64,000 nucleotides of DNA from an uncultured delta proteobacterium (GCA_963711565.1 CAVQEQ010000001.1:1184001-1248000); one strand, 5' to 3'; counted from the stretch's first letter, positions 44,305-54,804 are shown. Notes: a model not told the origin generated them from the sequence alone. Program-made: numbers and translations.

Positions 44305-45071
44305 CAGAGGATCGAGCGTCCCTGCGCGCCGTCGACCGGGATGTTCGCGCCGGTTATCCAGCTCGCGCGCGGCGATGCAAGCATCACGACCGCGTAAGCG
44401 ACTTCGTCGGGACGGCCCAGGCGTCCGGCCGGCAGCTCGTGGCTGATGAAATCCTTCTCGAACGCTGGATTCTCGCGAAAGAGCTGCTCCCAGATTCCGC
44501 CCGGCGTGAGTATCGAGCCCGGCGCGATCGTGTTGACGCGAATATTTTTCGGCGCGTACTCGCGCGCGAGCATCTTGGTGAACGAATGCAGCGCCGCCTT
44601 CGATGCGTTGTATGTCAGCGGTCCGCCCGACTCGCGCCCGTAAATCGAACCGATATTGATAATCGAGCCGCCGCGGCGCTTCTCCATGTATGTCGCGCAA
44701 AGCCTCGCGAGCCGCACCGGCGCGAACAGATTCAGATCGAATTGCTCCTGCCATGCAGACTCGGGCAGCTCCGCTAGCGCCCCCGGCCGCGCCGCGCCCG
44801 CATTGTTGACCAGCACGTCAATGCCGCCGAAGTTTTTCAGGGTCTCCTCGACCCACCTTTGCGCATCGACAGGTTTGGTAATGTCGCCGACAAATCCCAT
44901 CGCCGACCCGGTCTTCGATAGCGCGGCGACGGCTTCGTTCAACGTGTCGCGAGTTCGCGCGCATACGCTGACGTGCATTCCTTCGTCCGCGAGCGCATGG
45001 GCCATCGCGAGGCCCAGCCCTTGGCTGCCGCCAGTTACCATCGCGACCTTCCCCATCAATCCCAAATCCAT
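44304..45071 (-). CDS. SDR oxidoreductase
   Basis: TGGSQGLG, NNAG, YNASK, IRVNTIAPG, VDG. Confidence 0.93.
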   Translation of the reverse strand: MDLGLMGKVAMVTGGSQGLGLAMAHALADEGMHVSVCARTRDTLNEAVAALSKTGSAMGFVGDITKPVDAQRWVEETLKNFGGIDVLVNNAGAARPGALAELPESAWQEQFDLNLFAPVRLARLCATYMEKRRGGSIINIGSIYGRESGGPLTYNASKAALHSFTKMLAREYAPKNIRVNTIAPGSILTPGGIWEQLFRENPAFEKDFISHELPAGRLGRPDEVAYAVVMLASPRASWITGANIPVDGAQGRSIL

Positions 45072-45188
45072 CTCGAAGCTCCTTCTGAACACTGGGTCCA
45101 GAGGTCACCCTGGTCTTTTACCAGACGCGGGTTGTGCGCATGAAGCGGAATTGCGCGATGTATGCTTAACTCTGCCGGGAAGTCGAAG

Positions 45189-45638
45189 ATGCAGCTTTCC
45201 GGAAACTTCGCGCGACTTGGATGTATAGTGCTCGTCGGTTGTCTGCTCGCAGGCTGCAGAGTCGGTATCATTGCGGATTCGGCGGACGATACACGAGCGT
45301 GGCAGGGTGCCTGGAGAATGGTCTCCACAACCTACGATGGCGAGCCGCAAACGGCCGACATGGAGTGGATCGTAGACGGCGACCACTACACGATCCGGCT
45401 GAACGGGCAGTCCCATGAGGATCCCTACACGTTCACGCTCGACCCGCGTCGGAAGCAAATCAACGTCTTTCATCACGAGACGCCGCCAGGGACTTACGGC
45501 GGCAGCTTGAAGGGAATTTACGAGATCAAGGCCGATTCCCTGACAGTGTGTTACGACCTGACCGGCCAACGATACCCGGAATCTTTTGATGCAAAGGAAG
45601 GCTCGCGGCAGGTGCTCTACCAGTTTCGGCGGGAGTGA
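45189..45638 (+). CDS. TIGR03067-like domain lipoprotein
   Basis: LLAGC lipobox; QGAWRMVS, LDP, GIYEIK.DSLTVCY..RYPESF. Confidence 0.75.
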   Translation: MQLSGNFARLGCIVLVGCLLAGCRVGIIADSADDTRAWQGAWRMVSTTYDGEPQTADMEWIVDGDHYTIRLNGQSHEDPYTFTLDPRRKQINVFHHETPPGTYGGSLKGIYEIKADSLTVCYDLTGQRYPESFDAKEGSRQVLYQFRRE

Positions 45639-45734
45639 CAGCCGCGCTGTTCCCGCCGGTACGACTTCGCAGGTTGACTCTGACCGGGGGCGGACTTAGA
45701 CTCGATAGGCTAATCACCGGACGGACGGAGGACT

Positions 45735-45932
45735 ATGGAAATTCGGGTCGAAGGCTCTCTTGATCAGGCGATGCGAGTGCTCAAACGCAAGCTGGCCAAG
45801 GAGGGCGTCTTCAAAGAGATGAAGAAGCGGGCCTTTTACGAGAAGCCCAGCGTCCGCCGCAAGCGCAAACGTTCAGAGGCCCAGCGCCGCCGCCGCAAGG
45901 AACAGCGCCGCCGTCGCGCCTCCGCGATGTAG
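45735..45932 (+). CDS. rpsU: 30S ribosomal protein S21
   Basis: LDQAMRVLKRK..EGVFKEMK..FYEKPS..RKRK. Confidence 0.95.
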   Translation: MEIRVEGSLDQAMRVLKRKLAKEGVFKEMKKRAFYEKPSVRRKRKRSEAQRRRRKEQRRRRASAM

Positions 45933-45959
45933 TCCGAAAAAAGTTTCGATCGCTAATCG

Positions 45960-45993
45960 GGTGCTGGAGAAATCCAGCACCTGTTTCTTTTTT
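45960..45993 (+). terminator. Intrinsic terminator after rpsU
   Basis: GGTGCTGGA-GAAA-TCCAGCACC followed by a T-tract. Confidence 0.8.
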
Positions 45994-46075
45994 CAGTGAA
46001 GCCGCTTTGGGCGAGTTCACCGGCGAAAATTTCCTTCGTGTCTTGCGATGCGCAGTGCGGTTTTTGTCGATTTGA

Positions 46076-46933
46076 TCAGGCGGGCTTGCGAGCGCGGACG
46101 AATGCGCTCATGAACATCCCATCGAGCTGCAGCGCGGCTTTGTCTGCGTCGAGCCCGGCCTGCGCGAACCATTCACTGCATTGCGCGGCGGAATAGATGC
46201 GGGTTGGCTCAACGTTGATCGTCTTAAATCCCGCAGCCGCGAGTTTTGCGCGGTAGTCGGATTCTTCCAGCGCGCCCGCGATACATCCGGACCACAATTC
46301 GGGATGGCGGCGGACTTCGGCGGGAACCTCGCCGCGAGCGACGACGTCGGAAATCGCCAGGCGGCCGGCGGGCTTGAGTACTCGAAGCGCCTCGCGCAGA
46401 ACGCGATCCTTGTCGCCTGAGAGATTGATCACGCAATTGGATATGATCACATCGACGCTATTGTCGGGCAGCGGGATGTTCTCGATCTCGCCCTTCAGAA
46501 ACTCGACATTATCAACGCCGGCCCGGCGCTGATTGTCACGCGCGAGTGCGAGCATCTCGTCCGTCATGTCGAGCCCGTAAGCCTTGCCGGCGGGACCGAC
46601 GCGGCGGGCGGACAGGAGCACGTCGATGCCGCCGCCCGAGCCGAGATCGAGCACCGTCTCTCCCGGCTTCAGCTCCGCCAGCGCGGTGGGATTGCCGCAT
46701 CCGAGAGACGCCGCGATTGCGTCCGCCGGCAAGCCGGCCTTCTCGTGATCCTGATAGAGGTTCGACGTAATGGGATCCGCGGATGCGTTGCTGCCGCAGC
46801 ACGACGGCTTTGCCTTTGATACCTTTGGTGCGCCGCCGCAGCATGCCGGCGTGTCGGAGTTCTGACGGACGCGCCGCGCCTCCTCGGCGTAACGCTCCCT
46901 CACCTGTTCCTTGATACTGGTCGCGTCTTCCAT
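46076..46933 (-). CDS. arsM: Arsenite S-adenosylmethionine methyltransferase
   Basis: CC pairs, SLGCGNP, DLGSGGGID, ISNCVINL, WSGCIAGA. Confidence 0.9.
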   Translation of the reverse strand: MEDATSIKEQVRERYAEEARRVRQNSDTPACCGGAPKVSKAKPSCCGSNASADPITSNLYQDHEKAGLPADAIAASLGCGNPTALAELKPGETVLDLGSGGGIDVLLSARRVGPAGKAYGLDMTDEMLALARDNQRRAGVDNVEFLKGEIENIPLPDNSVDVIISNCVINLSGDKDRVLREALRVLKPAGRLAISDVVARGEVPAEVRRHPELWSGCIAGALEESDYRAKLAAAGFKTINVEPTRIYSAAQCSEWFAQAGLDADKAALQLDGMFMSAFVRARKPA

Positions 46934-46948
46934 GATGCGCCGGTCGAG

Positions 46949-47647
46949 CTATTCGGGTAACGGACGCCAGGTGAAGATCACCTGGCCGCCGGCGACGTAG
47001 CAGTCCAAATCATAATGAGGCTGGCTGGCTTCCGTTCGATGGAGGCGAAAATTTTCGACCGCGCGATGCAACGCGTCGGGCGTGAGCGTCCCATCGACGC
47101 ACTTGCCCTCGAGCTGCTGCGCGCGCACCTCGGCGCCGAGATGAACCGGGAGGCAACGAGCGCCGCAATGCTGATCGAGAGGACCGGCGCCAACGCATGA
47201 ACATCGAAGGCACAACACGACCGGTCCGCGGGTGTCGCTCGGCGCGGCGAAGAATTCGCGCTCGAGGCGATCGAGGGCCATCGCACATTCGCACCATGCC
47301 TCGCGCGCTCGCTCGGCGGAAAAGCGGCGAATCGCCCGCGCCAGATCGCGCATCAACGCTTCATTCGAGCGCGGCTCGAGCGCGACGATCGAATCGTCCT
47401 CGATTCGCATCGAGGATCCCAGCTGCTCGGCCAGGAAGTGGCGCAGGTTGATCGGCAGGCGGCTACCGAGCTGGAGGCGCTGCGTCTCGAACGGCGCGGG
47501 CTCGATTGGCGCGATCCGCGACGGGCGCGAAAACGTTCGCGGGTTGGCGAATACCGATAGTGATTGGAGACGTTCCAACGGCGACGGCGCGCCGTACGCA
47601 AATCGCGATGCGTGGGCGCGTCGATGAACCAGGGGTCCGTTTCGCAC
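46949..47647 (-). CDS. Cys-rich hypothetical protein
   Basis: GGGAGG RBS plus GTG start; WCEC, CLRCSC, HCGARC. Confidence 0.6.
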   Translation of the reverse strand: MRNGPLVHRRAHASRFAYGAPSPLERLQSLSVFANPRTFSRPSRIAPIEPAPFETQRLQLGSRLPINLRHFLAEQLGSSMRIEDDSIVALEPRSNEALMRDLARAIRRFSAERAREAWCECAMALDRLEREFFAAPSDTRGPVVLCLRCSCVGAGPLDQHCGARCLPVHLGAEVRAQQLEGKCVDGTLTPDALHRAVENFRLHRTEASQPHYDLDCYVAGGQVIFTWRPLPE

Positions 47648-48527
47648 AGTCTCAACCTCCCAGGGCTTCGAGTTCCGGTCGGCGTGCCGCGCACGCGGGC
47701 TTGCCGCCGGACACCGTCAGGGGCCGTCGGATGGATATGTCAAATTTCGATTTGTAACTGCGATTGATGGAAGAGAAACGGAATCGGGGAGAATGGGAAC
47801 TGCGTCTTATCGCCGTCGCGCCGCGCCAATAACAACGGCCGCGGCGCCCGGCGACGCCGACTTCAGGGCTGCGTGATCGAAAAGCGCCAAAACAAAACTG
47901 CGCCATGCGCACCGGCTCTTTTCATCGGACCATCAGCCCAGCTCGGCATCTCGCGATGCCCGCCCGCCTGCCCGCACCACAACACATTCCAAGCAGCGGC
48001 TCGATGGATAATGCGCGCGTCAACTAGGTCGTCAAATCCCCCGACTTGGCCGTTGCGATCCGCGCGACGTTTTCAGGCCACCAAGAGTAACAATCAGTGA
48101 GACGGCTTCTTAACTAGCGCGCGTACCGAGGTCGGGCAACATCGCGCGCGCGATTTAGAATCGACTTCAAACTTGACAACCGGTGGCCCAAGTGCCCTCT
48201 TTTGCGTGCGCTAGCGCTAAGCACACAGGGGCAAAATGAGATGCGCTAATGAGGCGCCATTGCGGGCGCGGCGCGCATCTCGTCATGTCGGCACTGAACA
48301 AATGTTCCAGTGCTTCAAGCCGGGCTGGGGTTTGTCGCGCATGCGACATATTGATCTTCAGTCTCGGAACGCGCGCGAACGTTGCTAACTCGCGCCGGGA
48401 TCGACCAACGCGCGAGAATTAAGAGAACAAATCCGTTGCCTCAACCGCGATGACCGCAAGGCTGGTTGTCGTCCAGTGAAAAATTTCAGAAACCTCGCGT
48501 GGGTTTCGTTCAGATGTACCGAATCTG

Positions 48528-50111
48528 TTAATGCACCGCTTCGGCCGGCAAGTTGCGCGTGTCGCGCTTGAGGAACAGAAACGTCGGCACGAGGATCAGC
48601 ATCAGCACAGTCAGGTCCCGGTAGATGTCGTTGAACGACAGCATCGCCGCCTGCCGCTGCACCATCCCGTAGAGCATCGCCATGCCGTGCTTGTGGCCCA
48701 TCGCGAATTCGTTGCCCATGTTGACGCCGCCCGGCATCTGCATATGCGGGAGCGTGAAGACCGTGATGTGCTCGACGAGGTAGCTCTGATTGATCTGCTG
48801 GCGATGGATCAGCAGCGTCGTCAGGTACGAGGTGCCGATCGCGGCGCCCAAGTTGCGCGTGACGGAATAGAGGCTCGCGGCGCGACCCATCTTGAACTTC
48901 TCCATCGAGCTGAGCGCGGCCGCCGACAAGCCGGGGAATATCAACCCGGTTCCCACTCCCTGGATCACGGTCGGCCACACGATTCGCTTCACATCCGAAT
49001 CGAGATTCAGCCCCGCCATCCGCCACATCGCGATCGCGACGAGGAGAAAGCCGATTCCGACCAGCGGCCGGATGTCACCGCCGCGCCGCGCGATAGCGCC
49101 AAGTATGATCATCGAAAACATCGTGCCGAAGCCGCGCGGGGCCATCACCAGTCCGGCCTTCGACGCCGTGTAACCGAGCGTCTCCTGCAGAAACACGGGA
49201 TTCAGGATCGCCGTGCCGTAGAGCGTGAAGGTCAGAAAAATTATCAGCACCACCGGCAGGGTGAAGTTCATGTTCTCGAGGATCGAGAGATCGACGACCG
49301 GGTCCTCGGTGTGCAGTTCGTGGTAGATGAGAATCCCGAGCGAGATGAGCGCGGCGGCCGTGCAATAAACCACCCACGGGCTGGTGAACCAGTCGGCGCG
49401 CTCGCCGCGATCGAGCACGATTTCGCCAAGGCCGAGCGTGACGAACAGGCACGCGATACCGATCAGGTTGACGCGCCCGCGGCGCAGGTTGCGCATGTAC
49501 GACGGGTCGTCGACGAAGCGATAGACCATGAACGCCGCCAGCGTCCCGATCGGCACGTTGATATAGAAATTCCAGCGCCAGCTCCACGCGTCGGTGATAT
49601 AGCCGCCGATCGTCGGGCCCATGATCGGCGCGACCATCATCCCGATTCCCCACACCGCCATCGCCATCGCCTGCTCGCGCGGCGGAAACGTCTCCATCAG
49701 GATCGCCTGCGACAGCGGCATCATTGCCGCGCCCGCCGCCCCCTGCATCAGGCGGAAAAACACGATCTGGTTGAGGGATTGCGCCACACCGCACAGCGCC
49801 GACGACACGATAAACATCGTGATCGACGCGACGAAGTAGCGCTTGCGGCCGAAGCGCTCGGCTATCCACCCGGTCATCGGGATCATGATTCCCGCCGCGA
49901 CCAGGTACGACGTAACGACCCACGCGATTTCGTCGACGCTCGCGGAGAAACTGCCCTGCATATGCGGCAGAGAGACGTTGACGATCGAGGAGTCGAGGAC
50001 CTCGAGCACGGTACCAAGCATCACGGAGAACGCGATCACCCACTTACGCGTCGAGGAGAACTCATGCACCTCGTGCGTAGTCTGGGTGATCGTTTTAGGC
50101 GCAACAGCCAT
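48528..50111 (-). CDS. DHA2 (EmrB/QacA) MFS efflux permease
   Basis: LDSSIVNVSLP, WVVTSY, RFGRKR, GPTIGG, WRWNFYINVP. Confidence 0.93.
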   Translation of the reverse strand: MAVAPKTITQTTHEVHEFSSTRKWVIAFSVMLGTVLEVLDSSIVNVSLPHMQGSFSASVDEIAWVVTSYLVAAGIMIPMTGWIAERFGRKRYFVASITMFIVSSALCGVAQSLNQIVFFRLMQGAAGAAMMPLSQAILMETFPPREQAMAMAVWGIGMMVAPIMGPTIGGYITDAWSWRWNFYINVPIGTLAAFMVYRFVDDPSYMRNLRRGRVNLIGIACLFVTLGLGEIVLDRGERADWFTSPWVVYCTAAALISLGILIYHELHTEDPVVDLSILENMNFTLPVVLIIFLTFTLYGTAILNPVFLQETLGYTASKAGLVMAPRGFGTMFSMIILGAIARRGGDIRPLVGIGFLLVAIAMWRMAGLNLDSDVKRIVWPTVIQGVGTGLIFPGLSAAALSSMEKFKMGRAASLYSVTRNLGAAIGTSYLTTLLIHRQQINQSYLVEHITVFTLPHMQMPGGVNMGNEFAMGHKHGMAMLYGMVQRQAAMLSFNDIYRDLTVLMLILVPTFLFLKRDTRNLPAEAVH

Positions 50112-50189
50112 GGAGGAAATCCTCGTTCAAGGTACAAAGGCGTCGTCGCCGATGCAAAAGACTTGAACCGTCGATGCAGTCATATCCCC

Positions 50190-50432
50190 TTCGCCTCCCC
50201 CTCAATGGGGGAGGCCGACGCTCGTCGTCGAGCGTCGGGTGGAGGACCAAAATTTTCCGGATTCCGGATCTTCGGCACATCAGACAATCGCGCCTCACGA
50301 ATGTCCTCCACCCTCGCCCTCCTCCAGCGAAGGAGGAGGGTATTCAAGACACTGGGTGCAGGGGTCACCCCCCCGCGACGGTGTCGATGCCGAAGGAGGT
50401 GTGGAACCCACCGCGGGTTCCACTACAATCAA
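50190..50432 (+). repeat. Composite repeat, copy 1 (cruciform element + GGGTGCAGGGG unit + TACAAT)
   Basis: Direct repeat of 51796-52006; cruciform part also present inverted at 56438-56593. Confidence 0.9.
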
Positions 50433-50439
50433 GTTCCTC

Positions 50440-51783
50440 ATGCCTCCCTCCGCCACGCTCCCTCCCGGGCCGAACCTCTTCGCGACTTTCGATTTCGTGC
50501 GCAATCCGTTCCGCTTCCTCGACGAATGCGCGCGCCGCTACGGCGATTGGTTCACCGTGCGCGTGCCGGGAGTCTCTCCGTTCGTCTTCACCAGCGACCC
50601 GGCCGCCGTCCGCGAGGTTTTCCTCGGCGACCCCGACACTCTTCATGCCGGCGACGCCAACCGTCCCCTCGGCGCGTTCATGGGCGAGAAGTCGTCGCTG
50701 TTCCTCGACGGTGCGGAGCATCTGAGCCAGCGCCGTTTGCTGCTGCCGGCATTTCATGGCGAGCGGATGAGTTCGTATGCCGATACGATGCGCACGGCGG
50801 CCGCCAATGCGATCGCGTCTTGGCCTCTTGGGCAGCGCTTCCCGATTCATCCGCAAATGCGCGCGATCACGTTCGAAACGATCATCCGCGCCGTATTCGG
50901 ATTCCAGAACGATGCGGCAGGCGCGGAGCTGCGCGCCCTGATGAAGCAATTGTTCGATCTGTATTCGAGCCGCCTCGGCACGCTGTTCTCTCTGCCCGCG
51001 ATGCAAATCGACGCCGGCCGATGGAGTCCGTGGGGGCGCGCCGTCAGGCTGACGCGTCAGATCGATTCGATCCTCTACGCGGAGTTCGCGCGGCGGCGAA
51101 AAGAAGGCGTCGAGGGACGCGCGGACATCCTCTCGATGCTGCTGGCGGCACGCTACGAAGACGGACAGCCGCTCCCCGACGCGGTCATTCGCGACGAGAT
51201 GTACACTCTCATGCTAGCGGGCCACGAAACTACGGCAGCCACGATGGCGTGGGTCATCAACCGCATGCTCACCAACCCCAACGTGATGGAACGCGCGCGC
51301 GCCGAAGTTCTTTCAGTATTGGGAGACCAACAGCTCGATTCGTCGCACGTCGGCAAACTGAAATTTGTCGAGGCGGTAATCAACGAGACGATGCGCCTGG
51401 ACCCGGTCGTGCCGAACATCGGCCGCGGCTTGACGAAGCCGATGACCATCGCTGGCCGCCAACTCCCGGCAGGCGTAACAATCGCCCCATGCATCTACCT
51501 GATACATCGCCGCCGCGAACTATGGCCAAACCCCGACCAATTCAGCCCCGACAGATTCCTCGAGACCCGCCCGAGCCCGTACACATTCCTCCCCTTCGGC
51601 GGCGGCCCAAGAAGATGCCTCGGCGCAGCGTTCGCAAGCTACCAGATGAAGATCGTAATCGTAGAAATCCTGTCGCGCGTAGATCTGAAGCCCGCGGAGG
51701 GCTACACCGCGCACGCCACCCGCCGCGGCATAGCATTCGCTCCGAGCGAGGGGATGCCGGTAATCGCTTCAAATCGTTCCTGA
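50440..51783 (+). CDS. Cytochrome P450
   Basis: LAGHETT, ETMR (ExxR), PDRF, PFGGGPRRCLG. Confidence 0.95.
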   Translation: MPPSATLPPGPNLFATFDFVRNPFRFLDECARRYGDWFTVRVPGVSPFVFTSDPAAVREVFLGDPDTLHAGDANRPLGAFMGEKSSLFLDGAEHLSQRRLLLPAFHGERMSSYADTMRTAAANAIASWPLGQRFPIHPQMRAITFETIIRAVFGFQNDAAGAELRALMKQLFDLYSSRLGTLFSLPAMQIDAGRWSPWGRAVRLTRQIDSILYAEFARRRKEGVEGRADILSMLLAARYEDGQPLPDAVIRDEMYTLMLAGHETTAATMAWVINRMLTNPNVMERARAEVLSVLGDQQLDSSHVGKLKFVEAVINETMRLDPVVPNIGRGLTKPMTIAGRQLPAGVTIAPCIYLIHRRRELWPNPDQFSPDRFLETRPSPYTFLPFGGGPRRCLGAAFASYQMKIVIVEILSRVDLKPAEGYTAHATRRGIAFAPSEGMPVIASNRS

Positions 51784-51795
51784 CAATGAGTTGTA

Positions 51796-52006
51796 GCCTC
51801 CTCCTACGTTGGAGGAGGCCGACGCTCGTCGTCGAGCGTCGGGTGGAGGACCAAATTTTCCGAATTCTGGGTCTTCGGCGCATACAAACAATCGCGCCGA
51901 AAATGGTCCTCCACCCTCGCCCTCCTCCGACGAAGGAGGAGGGTATTCAAGACACTGGGTGCAGGGGTCACCCCTGCAAACCCACCGCGGATTTCACTAC
52001 AATCAA
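51796..52006 (+). repeat. Composite repeat, copy 2
   Basis: Shares GGAGGCCGACGCTCGTCGTCGAGCGTCGGGTGGAGGACCAAA and GGAGGAGGGTATTCAAGACACTGGGTGCAGGGGTCACCCC with copy 1. Confidence 0.9.
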
Positions 52007-52011
52007 TCGCG

Positions 52012-52362
52012 ATGACCCCCGAAGACAAAAAGTTGATCACGATGATGACGCGGCTCTACGCCAAGACCAAAGCCGATCTCGTGGAATGGGAGCCGAGCGA
52101 GGACGCCAGTCTCTTCGCGGTGAAATTCTCGGATTACACGATCTCGATCCAGCACATGCTGGCGACCGGGAACAATCCGGAATGGTTCAATCTCGCCATC
52201 GCGAACAGCGACGGCGTGCCGATCCAGGAGATGGACAGCAAAACAGCCAGGGACAACGGCTTCGCCGACATGCCCGACCTCTTCTATCGCGCCCGCCGCC
52301 ACGCCGTGGACCTGAATGCCGCGCTGGACGACATACTCAAGGAACTTGATGAGTTGTCCTAG
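52012..52362 (+). CDS. Hypothetical protein
   Basis: 116-aa ORF with GC3-rich codon usage; ATG 8 nt after TACAAT. Confidence 0.7.
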   Translation: MTPEDKKLITMMTRLYAKTKADLVEWEPSEDASLFAVKFSDYTISIQHMLATGNNPEWFNLAIANSDGVPIQEMDSKTARDNGFADMPDLFYRARRHAVDLNAALDDILKELDELS

Positions 52363-52477
52363 CACAAATCGTTAGGCGCGAGCGGTCTCTCAATCCGGTC
52401 ATCGGCGGGCGCGCGGAACTTCTTAAGAGTCGCCACGCGTCCACGCGACAACCGCAGCGTGAGACTCAGCGCGCGGC

Positions 52478-53266
52478 TCAAAGATGCCATCGCGCCGTAT
52501 ACGCCTTGCAAATTTGCGCAATCATCGCGCGGTAGTCGGCGTCGATATCAATTCCTAAGCCGTTCACTCGCGCCAAGTACGGAGGATTTACGTTGTCGAT
52601 GAAGGCCGGCACTAGAAGCACAAAATCATAGCCGAGCACGTGCGTATGACCCGGCTTTCGTGTCGGAAGACCTCGAAACTTCTTCGCCGTAGTTTTTGGA
52701 TCATTTGGCCGATTGTCACTCACGGCTTCTGAAAATTCTTTCCAAAGCCGAGTATCTCCCGAGGATAACCGTGGAACGATTTTTCTTAGGAACCTTTTGG
52801 GATTTTTCTTGAACTTTGGTTTTATTCGATCCGGGACGTTCAGCACTTTTTGTGCGACACCGATCAGTACTGTAGCGACCAATACCGCCTCTTCTCTGGC
52901 GGAATGAACCGCCTTCATTACCTCGTTCAGGTCTGTATATCGGGTGGTACGATTGCGATGAGCGGTGACCACTGATTTGTTCTCGATGCAGACCCTGACC
53001 TGCTCGAGGTCAGGCGGCGAGTCCTTATCGTTTCCTCGCGCTCCGCCTATGAGAAGGTCCAATGCCCTCTCGTCCTTTCCGGGAATCGGTATGTTCAGCC
53101 AGTATCTTATAGCGCCACTTTCGAGGTCAGCGCGGAGAGGCTCGCAGGTGCCGAGGAGGTCCTTCAGAATGCCAAGACTAACCGTGTCCGAATGGTCCTC
53201 CTTACGGTGGTTATGAAATCCCCGTGTCTTTATGTCTTCAATGACTTGATCGAAAGGCGTCGTCAT
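52478..53266 (-). CDS. Putative PD-(D/E)xK type II restriction endonuclease
   Basis: LDLLIG...CIENKS; ATGA-coupled to a DNA methyltransferase; lower GC. Confidence 0.7.
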   Translation of the reverse strand: MTTPFDQVIEDIKTRGFHNHRKEDHSDTVSLGILKDLLGTCEPLRADLESGAIRYWLNIPIPGKDERALDLLIGGARGNDKDSPPDLEQVRVCIENKSVVTAHRNRTTRYTDLNEVMKAVHSAREEAVLVATVLIGVAQKVLNVPDRIKPKFKKNPKRFLRKIVPRLSSGDTRLWKEFSEAVSDNRPNDPKTTAKKFRGLPTRKPGHTHVLGYDFVLLVPAFIDNVNPPYLARVNGLGIDIDADYRAMIAQICKAYTARWHL

Positions 53267-54660
53267 CGTCCGAATTCGAGTTCCCTCGTTCGTGTATCCT
53301 CGTTTCGAGCCGCTCTCCGCTGAGTAGCGAATTTGGGAGGTACAGGAAGCTTCTTGAGAGTATGACTCTGCAACCTAAGAAACCCGTTGGCGACTCGTTG
53401 GCAGTGGGATGGTAGCCATTCCGCGACGAATCTGGAATTCAGATAGTCACACAGGTCTTCAATGACCGCCGAGTCTCTCGGCACGATGTAATAGACGGAA
53501 TGTCGGGGGACGAGCTTGCCTTTCTGATCGATCCAAAACTTGGGCCGTTCGGTGATGTCCTTGCAAAGGATCTTAGGGCGCAGTATATCGTTGAGCGGCG
53601 GAGTCTCATGGAACGCGTACCAAGGTTTTCGTCGAACGCACGTTCGTTGGATCAGCTGGGAACGGATAGCGGGTTGCGAAAGATAATCTTTGAGTTTTCC
53701 AAGCCTATCTTCAGAAATCAGAGTTCCATCGAGATCGTATGGAACCAGGATTAGCTTGCGCGAGTCCAGGTCATCGTTGAAATCCCCCATTTCGCGCCCC
53801 GCGATGGTCGGATAAGCAAATCGTCGTAGGTTCGCGGGAAGAGCATCTGCAACTCTGACGAAAACGTCATCTGCTCCGGTGGCAACGCCGCAGCTGATGC
53901 GCAGACAGACCTCTTCCAACGTGAGACCGGAGGAAATGCCGTTGTGGCCCATTATGAGGGGCAGCCACGAGGAACCGTCCACCGGCGGAACTATTTCGAC
54001 TTCAGAGCCGTCGCGCAAGATCGCTAGCGTGGAACTTGGCCGGCTCACTTCGTTCGAGATCGTCGTGATTGTTGGATAGGTGACCAGTTCCGCGAAAGTC
54101 GCTTCGTTTATCAACCGGATTTCTTCAACATTCTTGCGCGCGAGAATCCTTCTAAGGGCCTGCGCAGTCTCAACGTAAAGAAATTTCTCGGGAGTTATGA
54201 ACACCAAGCGACCGGCAGGATTCAAAAGCTTCAACGCTTGCTCGAAGAACAACAGATAGAGATCGAATCTTCCGGTCGCCGTTTCGAACCGTTCCCGGTA
54301 GCGCTGCTTTTCGCGCTCGGACAGCTCCGTAATCGGAACATACGGCGGATTCCCTACAATGAAATCGTATGTTCCCCGCTGGTCGTCCGTCAGGAAGTCC
54401 GAGCCCCTGATTTCAACCGATGCGCACTTCCCGAATCGCGCCCGTGCGATCTCTGCATGCTTTGGATTTGACTCTATTCCGACAATTCGAGGAACACTCG
54501 CCCGGTGTTTTGCGCACCAACGAACGATCCCATCGATAAACTCGCCGCGGCCGCAACCGGGATCCAGAACCAGCGCGTTCGATGTGGGGCGGTGGTTCAA
54601 AAAGAGACGGTCAACCATCAGGTCTACCGTCTCGCTTGGCGTTGGAACGAAACCCTTCAC
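53263..54660 (-). CDS. N6-adenine DNA methyltransferase (gamma class, TaqI/PaeR7I-like)
   Basis: VLDPGCGRGEF, VGNPPY, DLYLLFFE, GVATGAD, GFLRLQ. Confidence 0.9.
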   Translation of the reverse strand: MKGFVPTPSETVDLMVDRLFLNHRPTSNALVLDPGCGRGEFIDGIVRWCAKHRASVPRIVGIESNPKHAEIARARFGKCASVEIRGSDFLTDDQRGTYDFIVGNPPYVPITELSEREKQRYRERFETATGRFDLYLLFFEQALKLLNPAGRLVFITPEKFLYVETAQALRRILARKNVEEIRLINEATFAELVTYPTITTISNEVSRPSSTLAILRDGSEVEIVPPVDGSSWLPLIMGHNGISSGLTLEEVCLRISCGVATGADDVFVRVADALPANLRRFAYPTIAGREMGDFNDDLDSRKLILVPYDLDGTLISEDRLGKLKDYLSQPAIRSQLIQRTCVRRKPWYAFHETPPLNDILRPKILCKDITERPKFWIDQKGKLVPRHSVYYIVPRDSAVIEDLCDYLNSRFVAEWLPSHCQRVANGFLRLQSHTLKKLPVPPKFATQRRAARNEDTRTRELEFGR

Positions 54661-54804
54661 CCACCCTCCCGGCTAGCACCGCCTAGGCCAACTTCATTTA
54701 TGCTCGCTGCGAAGGCAGGGTGCAAATGTTCACGGTCTCGAGAGATTGACCTCAAGCGGTTATCATGTGCGCGGAACCCTTCTATCCTGTCGGGAGAGAA
54801 AACA

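Noticed and set aside
46076-46933. Selenoprotein versions of ArsM, Tpx or the Mo enzyme, given tRNA-Sec
   Set aside because: Catalytic positions are Cys codons; I found no in-frame TGA with homologous read-through
47915-47940. Hammerhead-like CTGATG...GAAA on the minus strand
   Set aside because: CTGATGG rather than CTGANGA, and no stem II
50190-52006. Diversity-generating retroelement TR/VR pair
   Set aside because: Repeats are intergenic, differences are not adenine-specific, and no reverse transcriptase is present
48531-52349. 1272-aa + strand ORF
   Set aside because: Shadow frame: antisense to the MFS gene, then off-frame through P450 and the repeats; Arg/Ala-rich with no motifs
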